Positions 49,571 to 62,300 of a stretch of 64,000 nt of DNA are shown piece after piece. Each line of letters starts with the position of its first letter. The first letter of the stretch is position 1. The stretch spans positions 24,117,504 to 24,181,503 of the forward strand of contig OZ037765.1 of NCBI GenBank assembly GCA_964035545.1, given 5' to 3'. Below the pieces are notes generated by a model, which saw only the letters and a list, made by a program, of their open reading frames with translations, did no database searches and had not been told where the DNA came from. The position numbers were made by a program, and so were the translations under genes. This stretch comes from Bugula neritina. Its lineage: Eukaryota; Animalia; Bryozoa.

Positions 49571-50499
49571 GAGGTTTCTGCGCCTATAACATGTTCCTTC
49601 AGGATGTTCAAAGTAATTTATAAATTCTTGGTAAATGCTATCAATATATTTTTGAAACTAGCCACAGTTTACCTACGGTACTGTGTAACAACAGTCTGTT
49701 CCCAGTTTTCTGATCAAACGGGTGTTCATGTGTATGTAATTTAATAACTTCACCATAATTAGTGCTCATATTTGTTATTGCGATATTATTGAGCATTGTA
49801 TGCTCTCATTAGGCTGCTGTTATTCCACCTCTAATAAAATAACACTGTGATTATAGAAAATTGGCAACTTCTGTGTGTCCTGCAGGTAAGCTGATTATTT
49901 TAAATTTTACATTGTTTGATGAATTCATTCATAGTAATTTTCAAAATATTGTTTTTAGTGCCGGCACATTGCATAATATCAATTATATGCACTGAATCCT
50001 ATGAGAACATAAACAAATGAAATGCTTTGTTGAGTCTTTTTATAACTACTTTACTAAAAAGATCTATAACAATATGTTCATAGGTTTACATAATAAGTTC
50101 AAATGTTTATAAAAGTTGCAAAATTTCTTTTATCTGGTATGCAAAACATCATATTCTAGTGCATTACTATACTCAAGGATTAGCTACACTGCTAAAGCTA
50201 TTTTATTAATCTCTCTTGACACTATGTTGAGTAGTGCAAATTCAGCCATCCCTTCTGTTGATCAACTACTCAGGTGAGGTATGTACTATTGCAATTGGCA
50301 GTGGATGCGCATGATTATTCATATTTCAATGTTTATAATATTTCATAACATTTTTGAACTAATTCTAAAAAGTATAATAAATTATTATGACAAAATAGAG
50401 TATTATACTTATGCTCCTAAAACTGCCCACTATTTATTATTAAAAAATATAATTTCATTATCAGATAAGGAACGATATGTTGCTTTAGGAGCCCTATTC

Positions 50500-50969
50500 G
50501 GTGTCATCCCACTTAGACGGTTCCCAGTTAGACGATTTGCAATATTTCCCACTTAGACGATTCTCACTTGGACGACATTTATAGATTCTAGTGTAATATA
50601 TGTATTTTATGCTATTATTTAGCACATAATAGAAAGCAAGGAAGCCACCAGCAAACCGCTTACAGTAACAATGCTTCTATAAGAAGCCATCTTGCACAAA
50701 ATTTAAACTTAAAGGTAAAAGATAGACAAAATATAATAAGAAAAAGTTGTAATATAGCAGTATGTGATATACCATGAAATGCATTTGTGCATTTTATTCT
50801 GTTATCTGTTATTCTGAATAAAATAAACTGTAGCTAAATTAGTATTGAGTTAAAGCAAATAGGTGGCTTGGTAGCTTATTTCATGTTTAGCAGTAAATGA
50901 AACAGTTATATTTGTATATTATTATATATATTGTACTAAAATAAAAAAACGTCTAAGTGGGATGAAACC
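50500..50969. mobile_element. MITE family 2 (470 bp, 20-bp TIR, 8-bp TSD)
   Basis: TIRs GGTGTCATCCCACTTAGACG / CGTCTAAGTGGGATGAAACC (19/20 complementary). Exact TSD CCCTATTC at 50492-50499 and 50970-50977. Subterminal CCCACTTAGACG repeats. Confidence 0.9.
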
Positions 50970-51199
50970 CCCTATTCATGCCCTGCAGCTCTTTATGCAA
51001 TGACGTAACATATCTCAGTGATGTTTAATTAACTGCAGCGCATTTTACAGTTGCTGAAAGAGAAACATGTTTGTGTGGAAAGAATTAGTTGCAGTATTAA
51101 AACAGCTATATTAATCTAGTAGAAAATATGATGTAGCTATTCCAACTGTTTTATTTTCTGTATAGTGAGCTGGAGACTCAGCTGCTAGGAGGTGCTGAA

Positions 51200-51865
51200 A
51201 TGGAGGAATTAAACGCAACATCTCCTTCAAATCCACAAACATATATTAATGAAAAGTCATACATCATATCAGAACAACAGCTCTGGAACTTGGTTTCATT
51301 TCTGGTACGAAACATATCAAATGACAAGCCAACTATTAGTTTTGGATCAACGATAACAACTGTAGCAAATGAATATAACATAACAACCATTAATGCCAAT
51401 TTTTCTCGTGCACCGGTGGATTTGACAGAAGATCAGGAAATAACTATGATATTTTACATACTCATCTTCTTTGTGTGGTATGGAGGAATCATCTTTGTAT
51501 GCTTAATAGGATTTGGTGTGTACAAAACTTCAAGTTCTTATGACATCTATAAAGCGTTTGTAGAGCGTGAGGAGTTGAGAGCTCAAATCAAACAGGAAAA
51601 ACTTGACAAACTTGAAAAGAAGAGATTACAAAGACAAAGCAGCGAGGCCTCTTCTATGTGCATCACACTAAGTGTAGGTTCAGATTTATCTACTAGTTGG
51701 AATGGAGGAGTATATCGAAGCTCATTTGAAAAGAATTCCCGTCTCCCTTCACCTCGTTCTCCCAACTCAATTGTGCAGGAAGAGGAAGAAACACTGCTAG
51801 CTAATAATTCTAATGTTGAAAAACTTGCAAACAAAAGTAATAAGCTTGTAGTTTTTGATTTATAA
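51200..51865 (+). CDS. Single-pass membrane protein, KCNE/MinK-like architecture (221 aa, single coding exon)
   Basis: No signal peptide. Four N-glycosylation sequons before one TM helix (MIFYILIFFVWYGGIIFVCLIGFGVY), then juxtamembrane SYDIYKAFVERE, a charged helix and a Ser-rich tail. Splice acceptor 35 nt upstream of the ATG. Confidence 0.7.
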   Translation: MEELNATSPSNPQTYINEKSYIISEQQLWNLVSFLVRNISNDKPTISFGSTITTVANEYNITTINANFSRAPVDLTEDQEITMIFYILIFFVWYGGIIFVCLIGFGVYKTSSSYDIYKAFVEREELRAQIKQEKLDKLEKKRLQRQSSEASSMCITLSVGSDLSTSWNGGVYRSSFEKNSRLPSPRSPNSIVQEEEETLLANNSNVEKLANKSNKLVVFDL

Positions 51866-53869
51866 CATGCTTTTGAAATTATATTCAAAATGAATTTTTT
51901 GAATAATTAAACAACTTTTCTGCATGTACACTAGCATTACTGCTATGAAAATGTTATATTATATGTAAACTTGAAATAGGTGATATATACTTCCGTAGTA
52001 TAGCTATTGCATACTCAGAAAGTACATACTGTATATTAAATATTATTATGAAATGACCACGAGGACAATAATTAAAGTTCTGTAATTTGCATTTAATGCC
52101 ATTGGCGGTGTTTTTAAACAAGTAGAATATTATATTGCATCTAATGAATATTTTTCAATATATGCATTTTTCAAAGTTTATTGTTAAGATATCATGTAGT
52201 TCCTAATATATAACCACTGATCAGTCTGTAATATGAATTATACAGCTTTTGATATGGTAAACAGGTAAAAACTTGGTTGATATTGGTAACAACACACCAG
52301 CTACTGCAAATTTCTATTGTTTTTCTATGTTTTTAGATTAAAAATCTATCCTAAAACATTAGAAGTAAAGTCTTATTTCAAGTGTTTTTATTAAAAAAAA
52401 TTATATCGATCTTTTTAAAAAGTGTCAGCTAATAACATAGATGTAAAACTTTTACCTTTGTTGATATTTCCGAGTGCTATTCTTAGAGTAATTGAGACCT
52501 ACGTTTAAAATTAATGATATCTTAGTCACAGAACGCATGAATGATGTTGTCAATTCCAACTAATATGTTCAAATATAGATTGTTTTACTACTAAAAACAG
52601 CATGCAGCTGATTTCACACAACAATTATATATAGAACATGGAAGACAAGACAAGAAACTGTATAAGCTTATGCACTAACATTTAGGTAATAACTAAACAC
52701 AATATTGTTAGAATGATAATGTCAAGGTGCTTTAAGCATAACTTCTATTATTCTATTTAAGAATTATATATAGAGGCTTTATATATATAGCATTACAAAA
52801 CATAGTTTTGAATATACCAGAGATTTTGAAACTGTTTGAGTGATGCAATATACATTCTATAGGTAGTTTGAACCTATTATACTGAATTTCTATTTTTTTA
52901 TATAATATTTACAGCTTGTAAAAGCAGCACTCTAAAGATTGTAAATGGCAGTTTAAAAATATTACTACAGTTTTTGATTCAATATATTTTATAATAAACA
53001 TTTTAGACATTTTCCCAGCAAACACTTTTTTGCACCTTATAAATTGTTTTCTGAATACTTTCATATCATATTTAATAATTAATTGATACAAATATTTCTG
53101 AAAAAAATTAACTTATTGAAAAATATTATAATTGCTAGATAGATTTTATATTGCACTATATGTATATTATGTTATATTCACCAACACATTTGTAGCACTA
53201 AAATTCTGGTAACTAGGGGCAATAGAACTTTTCTTATAATAAAATATGAAGAAAGCATTGAGGGTTTAGAATGGCAATAAATATTTAAGGCAATAATGAT
53301 AAGGTTCTAATATTGCACATGTACATACACATGATATAATAATATATCTCCATAAATTTTGCTAGTAACCCAAGTACAGTTTAAAACTCTGTAATATGTT
53401 TATAATCACATATGTAAGATAATTATAAATATATAATTTGCTATAGATCAGGTTTTTATTTAGCAAGCCCTTTCAGCCATAGTCTAAGTTTTGCTTTCTG
53501 GTGAAAGGTAATGCAGTAGTCCTCGTTTATTATGGTTCAATAGGTGCCCAATTTTATAAATACTCGCAGCATATAAAAATTCTTTGCAAAATGCTGAATA
53601 ACTAAGAAGAAGATGGCAACATGGGACACAAAAAATTTCTCAAAAATTACCAAATTCAAACTTATTCTTCCTATTAGTATTGCTATATGCAATCTTGAAA
53701 ATTACAAATTTTAACAGGCTATTTTGAGTAACTATGAGCTTATATTAAAAAAACTTTTGTCATATTCCTTATAGCTAGTTATTATATAATTTCTAAAACT
53801 TCACTGCTTATATTAGCCACGTAAATATTTATTTTCAAATTAATTTTGCTTTATTTGATACAAAATACA

Positions 53870-54066
53870 GCAGCGGTGGTCTAAGGGTTAGAGCATTTGC
53901 TTAGTAAACATGAGGTCATGGTCATGGCAAAGGCCATTGGTGATGCATTCAGTCATAATTGTTCCTGTGCCTCATTTAAGTAAGTCCTTAGCCTGCTTTA
54001 ACAAAAACCCTTTCCATCAGAGGTTTTTCACAGGGATAGCGACTATAAACTTGCATGAGTTTTTTT
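53870..54066 (+). mobile_element. tRNA-derived SINE, copy 2
   Basis: GCAGCGGTGGTCTAAGGGTTAGAGCATTTGC head. Body TAAGTCCTTAGCC...TTTAACAAAAA...TTCCATCAG...GACTATAAACTTGC matches copy 1. Confidence 0.75.
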
Positions 54067-55639
54067 TTAATACAAAATACAATGCAAAACATAAGTTTAT
54101 TACATCTGTAGCAACACCTAATGGCTAATGCTAGAATAAAAATTGTTCTTGCATATTATGATATTGAGTGGCAACTTTTTTGACAATGATACCAGGCTTA
54201 TTTATTGCAAGTGCTTTGATTACATAATTATTCAATCCTGATGGATTTTTTAACCTGTAGTGATTGAAAGTGATAAAATATAATAAATAGTTTAAACTGG
54301 GCATCTTACTAACATAGCTATAAATGTTAGTTGCTTTTAAAACAATAATTATTACATATCTCTGTTTGCAAAACCAAACCTATATATTAATATAGACATA
54401 ATGAATCAAAGCTAATAAAATTTGAATTGTTTCATATTTACTCACATGAGCTGAATAACTACAAAGGCTATGTCAGGGGTGGGCAGTTTCTTTTGCGTCA
54501 GTGCCAAGTTTAGAAGTCAACCAAAATGGCGGGCCACATGATTGTAGAGATATTAAGTTTCACTATAATGAAGTAATTTGTCAGCTAGCCTGTAATGTGC
54601 TAATGAGAATACATGGAAAAGTTTTCATAAATCTCTTACATTTATTAATTCTTCTAAATTGTAAAAGCTACAATCAATGATACAAAGCATAACACAATAA
54701 TGTGCTAAAACTTATAATATAATACAATTTTTAAAATATTAGCAAACATCAGGATATAATATTAAGATATAAAGACAATAAAAATTCTTATAAAACACAT
54801 AAAGCATTATGTTTAAAATAGTAAAGAATAGTAATAAATGATAATACCTCTATTCTCCTGATGAGCATGCTATATTTTCAAGAATCTAACTTTTTATCAA
54901 CTTTGTCATTTAACTTAAACACAATAGGTAGCACAACTTAGCCTATATGAGTGACTGCTTTTTCCTTAAATACCAAGGCAATCACAAAGAAAAGGTCAGC
55001 TAATGGGGACACATGTGATGACCTTACAAAGGAAGATGAACTGGTTCCTGTCAAAACCCTAGAAGCTGACTTTAACAAATGTGGTGGTTAGGCCTTATCT
55101 ATTATTTGGCGGCTGAATACTGTATAAGAAACTAAACTGTTTAATAAAACAACAAATATCATCTCGAAAAGGCTAAAAATAAAAGTTCGACAATCTAGTG
55201 GCATTTGTAACAAAGACCATGTTAATGCTTTGTTTAATTCTTTATACTAGAATAAAAGATATATAGGTAGAAGACAAATGATAGCACTAGAAAAAAAGAA
55301 ATGTAGCTAGCAGACAACTCCTACATCAAAGAAATAACGTTACAAAGGGTCAAAGTTTACACTGGTTCAGCTAAAATGGGATTTGTTTTAACTTGCCAAA
55401 AGCTAAATACGGGTTTATCCAATAAAAATTAGCCATCGCTAATGTTCTGAAGTAAAAGTAAACTAAATACCATGCGGGATAGTGATGCGTACTAATAGTT
55501 ATACTTATACTTGTAGTACTTTACTTTTGACAAAAAATATTTATTCATAATGAAAATGATTCTGTAATATAACAGCAATAATTATTTTTTATAAATCTAA
55601 TCAATTAATTAGCGTTTAAGTTTTAGTTTGAAAACATCT

Positions 55640-56200
55640 CATTCACTCTAACTGTAAGAGTCAGAGTGTATAACTCAACTGTATCATTATCATTATGATT
55701 ATCACTAGCGCCTAGCGGTATCAGTATCAATATGAATATGAATATGGTTATCGTTATGATTATCATTTAGGATTATTAAATTTAATATATATTAAAAACT
55801 GATAGTGATATAATTGATTTGGAATTAATACTATTAATATTATTATTACTAGTAGTAGTAACACTCACAGTCACACTCTGACTCTCACTAGAAAGTAGAA
55901 ATAATTACTAATTAGTAAAACTAGACCTTCTCCTACTCCTAGTCCTAGTGACTAGTACCGAGAGTTAGTAGTACTATTCATATTCATATTGTATTAGTAG
56001 TAGTAGACATAGTACTAGGCATAGCAACTAGAAGTAGATAAACTTAAATTAGTTGGCTAGTATTACTAATAACACTAGTTCAAGTTCAAGTTGTAGTAGT
56101 ACTAATACTGTAATAGTAAATGTAATAGTAATACTTCTGCTAAGTATAATGGTAATGGTAATATTGATAATTAATAAGCTTTAAGCTTTAATAAGCTAAT
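55640..56200. repeat. Periodic low-complexity tract upstream of EXD1
   Basis: TATCAGTATCAATATGAATATGAATATGG..., ACTAGTAGTAGTAACACTCACAGTCACACTCTGACTCTCACT. Confidence 0.75.
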
Positions 56201-56334
56201 AAAAATAATTGCTAATTGGCTTCCAAGCATAGTATTTCATTCACAACTATACACTGTATGTACGGCCAGATGCTGCGCAAGTTCTAATACAGATACTAGA
56301 AGGTCTAATATGTATTTTAGGCAGCATATATTTA

Positions 56335-59300
56335 ATGGCAGCATATATTGGTCATACAGTGACATTGGAGCTGAAAAATGATGGCGGAAAGTATTGTGGG
56401 CGACTCATCTCTCACAATCACGTCGATGGAAAGATTGCATTGACAAAAGGTTAGTTTTCGCCTTCTGAATATAATAAAATTATAATGGAATAAATTTTTT
56501 ATTTTATATTTGCTTGCTTTTTAGTGATCTGAACTTACACCACTTCTCTAAAAAAGTTCTCTTTAATATTTTCTAAAGTTTCTTGCATACTTTTTGTGTT
56601 CCAGATTGATTATCTCATTTAAGCCATACTGCTTGATTGTTTGTAGTTACTTGTATAACCACTGGTAAGCAGCTTCCTGGGAATCAAATATATTTTGAAG
56701 ATGAAATAATCCCAAACTCATGTAAGTCAATTACTTCAGTGCTCTATATGCAAAGAATGGCATTTCGCTTGTAGTTTTGCAAACAATTTTATTTCTCATT
56801 ATGTCTTTGGCCTGTGATTCACCATTGATTAGCCTGTGATTTAATTATGTGTGTTTTTCTGTTGCTTACATGCACTATTAATTTACAACTTTATTTGTAG
56901 CATTTTTAAAGAAATATTTAACTTATTTTAATCTTTTAGTCTTGATAACTGATGAAGTTACCAATGAAAGGATTAAAGTTGACAAAGGAACTTTGTAAGT
57001 GCTTCAAACCGGAGTATAAAGTAATTACTTAATTGTTGACATATTTTACAGTTATTGCATACATAAAAAGAGATTTTAATAGACAATTTTTTTTTTAATT
57101 TTGTCAACAGGAAAGAGAAAAAGTCTAAAAGTGTAGAGGAACGAGGTTTAAAGAGACAAAACTCCACTGTTCCTACATACAGTGATGTGCAAAAAGAGAG
57201 TTTCCAGCTGGCTTCTTTCCTTAAATATTTGGAGAAAGCAGACGATTCTTCCAACTTGCCCAGTAATATGGTGACAACTAATCCATATAAGTGTATAGAA
57301 GAGTGTAAGTGTTACTGACCTTGCTAGCATACTTCTATAGTCTTTCTACCTCAGCATACTTACTATGTTACTTACACCTAGCTAATTAAGTTGTATCATA
57401 GCTCAGAGATGGAGAGTGTGTCAACTGCAGGGTAGTGTGCAAGTAATGTGCAGAAAAGTTAATGGCAATGGTACTGTAAAGGCATCTGCGCTAGATAGTT
57501 TTATAAAACGAATATAATTATATACCAACTCCAAAAAAATATGAGCATTGTGAAATTCTATTTTCCCATATAATATCATAAACATCAGTAATGTTTGCTT
57601 ACTAAATAACTGATGCATGTATCAACCAATTGAATGCCAATGGTATAAATTTCAAATTCATTATAACACTTCGGCTTTATTTATGTAAGCTCTTTCCATC
57701 TTCTTGGGGTATAATTTATATGACTTATTATTGCAATTGCTTTGGTGCTACATAACTTATTGCTTCTGCCCTTGCATTATTGGTACATGTTTGCTCCAGT
57801 GGTACCCAGAGAAGAGTGGCGTAAAGCTGTGAACAGAACTCGGCCGACTAGTTATATTATTGTGACCAGTCTGGGTGAGATGTTTAATGAAGCTATTTAT
57901 AGAATAAAGTCAGAGGAGGCTATTGGGGTGGCTTTCACCGGGGCTAATATTGGTCGAGATGGAGAACTCTTTTGGATTCAGGTGAGTTTACTAGAGCAAA
58001 TGTAGAAGTTTTAAGAAATATAGAAGAACTTACTCTGGTGTTTTACATATGATGCATATTTTAGTGCTTTCAAGTGCCTTCTTTCATGAAACTTTGCCAA
58101 ACTAATTTGATAGATAAGTCATATATACGTTTGATACATTGCATGCGTTGGAAACATTTTTCCAGGTCAATGTCAATTACTAATAGCTGGTCCTTGTTTA
58201 TACATTGATTTGCCTTATAATACAGGCAGAAAGGTTTAAATAAGCTGCTAATAATTATTTGAAAACCCCTGCATTGTAACTAGAAGACATATATTGAACT
58301 GACTAGTTGAATGTGCGATTGTTATGTTAAAAGCCATCACTCAAAATTAATAAGCTGTGATGTTACTGTTATCTTCATCTTAGTAATGTTATTGCCAAGA
58401 CTGTCTTTCATCTAGTCCTCTCTTTCATAGATATCAACTTCTGACGTGGTATATCTGTTTGACGTGTGTGCTATGGGACACTCGTGCATATCCTATGGAC
58501 TTGGGCAGATCTTCTCTAGTCAAACTGTGCTCAAGGTACGACTTGCACACTTATTTCACAGTCTGTCCTACAACTGGCAATTATTATATGGATATAATAT
58601 ATAATGTCAAACATTTGTACCTTTTTTATTGTGTTAATCTCCTTGAATCATGTTTTCTCACCCTGTAAGCATGCACATCATGTTAATAGAAAATTTAAGC
58701 CTATATCTTCCTCTTATATATGCTCTAAAAAAACTTCACAACTTTGTGCGGCTTACTGATACAAGAAATAATTCCTAATTAAAGTGTTGACTAGCATCAT
58801 TAATGGTTGAGCTGCAACTTATGAATTCCGACAGAAATTGCATAAGAAGTTTAAGTTGTTAATTATCTAGCAATTTTTAAACTTTAATATTCTGTACAGC
58901 TCAGCATTATGTAATTTGAATACTATCATCTTCATGCTTGTTGTTGATATGTTGTTATGGTTACAACAGGTAACATACGATTGTCGATGGATCTCGGACC
59001 TTCTCTTTCATCAGTATAATGTAAAAATTCTGAATGTCTTTGATGTTCAGGTAAGTGCCTATTGTCTGTGAATGTTACTGTTCATCTTGATTTTGCTTTC
59101 TCTCTACATTTACTTGCATCATTTGATGTCAGGGTATTGTCTTCTAGGTCGCATCAGTTCTCTCGTACAGGGCTTTACATGGTGGAGATCTCCCAGCCTA
59201 TGTGAAAAGTTTACAAAGTCTCGTTGAACAGTATTTACTGGTTGGGCATGATGAATACCATGTCTACAAAATTCGCCAGGCTTTTAAAGACGTAAGAGTA

Positions 59301-62300
59301 CTTTATTTGTTGCTTAGTATTGCATATTTATCTTTGTTTGCGTGGCCTCCAGTTCATGGAAGTTTTTTTTATATATTTGCTGTCATTCATCAGCCTTCAC
59401 ACTTTTATATACATGTACTGGTTCATCTAACTCACTTCTCCTGTTAATTTCAGTCAGAGGAGCAGCTGTGGGCAACCCGGCCGCTGCACAGCTATTTACT
59501 TGATTCACTGGCCAAGACAGTGTCCTACTTAGTTGAGTTGAAGAAACCATTGCTGGATGAGATGATGAATGATTTTTATGTTGCCATGAACTCGTATGTG
59601 AGTGTCATAAGAGACCAATCAGAAACAGAGAGGGAGTTACCTCAGGTTAGTCAGGGTTTAGAATTTAGATGCATATTTATATTCATATCCAATTAGGCAA
59701 TGTGGTAACTGTTTGATAATGTGTTATTACTTGTGGTATTACTTCATGTTGGGTAATATTTTAATCAATTTTGTATTAATGTAAATTATAGGTTAATTTT
59801 TATAATGCTGGCACTGAATAATTTTTGAGGCCTAATTTATAAGTCGGCTGCTTCAATCAGGAGTAGCTGAGAAGTTGACATTCTGGTAGATAAAAATGTT
59901 GCGAAGGCATATATAACGACATTTTCTAAATTACTACATCAACTGAGTAACTTTGGTTGACTTCTGCCAGTAATATTCCAACTGTTTGACTATTTGCTTT
60001 TGTTCCTGTATTCACACAGATAATCATTAGCATTAAACAACTTTGTGGAACACTCATCAATTAGAATTGTTTATTACTTGGATTTTGGGCAATAATTACA
60101 AATCCAAAATCCAAAATGTTTTTTTAGGACTCATCACTACTTATAAATTCTTTTATTTTTAGTATTTTTAAACAAATTTAATCAGGAAAATTAAGTTTAA
60201 ATAAACATTATTTTGTAGTTTATGGTTTAGAATACTCATACTATACTCTGTTGCTATTTTTATTGATAACTTGAACTCAGTTGGCTTCACAAATTCATAA
60301 AAAACTGGTTTAGCTTTGAAATTTTTTTTATAAAAATACTCAAGATAGCTGTAGTTTGTTCACCTTTCACCGCCATGTCTGTTGAAATTATATCGAACTA
60401 CTCATTAGTTCATCATTACAATCCGTTGTTACTTTAAAGTTAATATTATGCATTATTTCTTCAATTTTTGATAATTACATTAAAGTATTAATTAATCTGA
60501 AATTTAATTTAATTGAATCCGACTTGAAATCTTGATCAAAATGCCCTCATCACCCTTAGCTGGCTCAGCTTTTCACCATTCGATGGAAGTTATTCATCAG
60601 TCATGTGAAGGACTGACCAACAAGAATGTGCCATCTGTTTGTCACTTGCTTTCAATTAAATTTATTTCTTAACACTTTGCATTCATAAGTTGCATTTTAA
60701 AATGTTGACTGCTGTACACTTCTCGTATTTATCACTCAATTATCTAATTTATTACACAAAAGTTATTAGGAGAGCAGCTGAATAAACTGAAACTTAGTCT
60801 TGTTAGATCCCACTAAAACTTTACTTGAGTTGATGACGTGATTCCAAGTTTAATAAAACGGTTGAGTAAATCTCAAGTTTCCTATGGTATGAAGTATGTT
60901 ATTATGTATTGCTGTAATTCGGTATTTTATATATTCTGTTGAATTGACTTTAGTGTGATGCCTGGTTTTAGCAAGAGCCATATCGTCTTCCCGCTATTTT
61001 CACTCGAATGCAACACCGGGATAGGAGGACATCACAGCTGCTCCGTCATCAAGATGATAGTCACATTGTCAACCCTGAGGGATTTATTGAAACTTATGAT
61101 AATCCTAAAGAGCTACACTATCGCCGAGACTCCATTAATCACAGTAGAATGAGAAAACAACCCTGTGGTATGTTTTAAGATTGTTCTTTTTTGTTGAGTG
61201 TTTTTCGGCATTTATACGCATATTATACTAAGTTATTAGTGTATTTTATTATAAACATAAAGCTATTCAATCACTCTAGAACTAGTTTATGCTTAAAGTA
61301 TGTAATTTTATTCTTTGAGATCATACAAAAAGTAAGATTTGTTTGCTCATACCAAACATGCACAGGTGAAAAGCAAAACGCAATAAATTACATTCATTTA
61401 AAGGAAAAAAAATTGTCAATGTGTTGAGAATCTATATGTTTGTTGTTGATTATTGTTTAGATGTCATTCCTCAAGCCAAAAAAGTGGTTCAAAAGTATGT
61501 GGTGCCATCTCATTTGTTGAAAGATTTGCCAGCAACTCAACAAAAACACTCTAGTAGCTCAAGTTCAGAGAAGCAATCAAATAGACCTGCACGTAGCCCA
61601 AATGGACAGTCGAATATGCCTGCTAGCAGCCCAAATAGACAGTCAAATATGCCTGCCAATAACTCAAATGGACAGCCGAATATACCTGCTAGGAGCTCAA
61701 ATAGACAATCAAATATGCATGCACGTAGCCCAAATGGACAGCCGAATATACCTGCTAGTAGCCCAAATGGGCAATCAAATATGCCTGCGCATAGCCCAAA
61801 TGGACCGCCGAATATACCTGCTTCTAAGCATAAAAGAATTCTCCATTCATCTTCTCAGTTTCTGTCTAACCAAGCCATTGACTCATTAAAACATCATCTG
61901 GAATCTCCACCGTCTCATTATGGTATATAATCATGTTTCTTGTAGATGTATTTTTAGTGTTGTATTCTTCCAATATCACACAGTTGATGTGTTTCGGTTA
62001 TAGTTTATTCAACTGTAGTATAGAAGTTTATGTTAACCGCATATTGAATCACTTAGCAGCTACTTATATATTTGTAGCATGTAATTTTCAAAAAGTAAAA
62101 AGTTTATGCAAATATTTTTTATTTAAACATATGTTCATAGTATTTCTATTTATTCACAGGTGCTGCCTTTGATCCGGATACAGGAGGCAATAAAAAGGAG
62201 CTGCCAGCTTCTGTTCACTCTCAGAATCGGTATGTATCACTTCATGTTACTTATTTGCTCAGAGTTTTGGATAGCTAAGTTTGAAATTTGCAAGTATGAT

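Noticed and set aside
54474-54540. hAT-like terminus CAGGGGTGGGCAG...GCGGGCCAC
   Set aside because: No partner TIR or TSD found, too fragmentary to annotate.
61586-61825. CRISPR-like regularly spaced repeats
   Set aside because: No unique spacers, eukaryotic context, and the repeat is in-frame coding sequence.
61602-61889. Second repetitive ORF (MDSRIYLL...)
   Set aside because: Alternate frame of the 33-bp repeat. The EXD1 splice phase selects the other frame.
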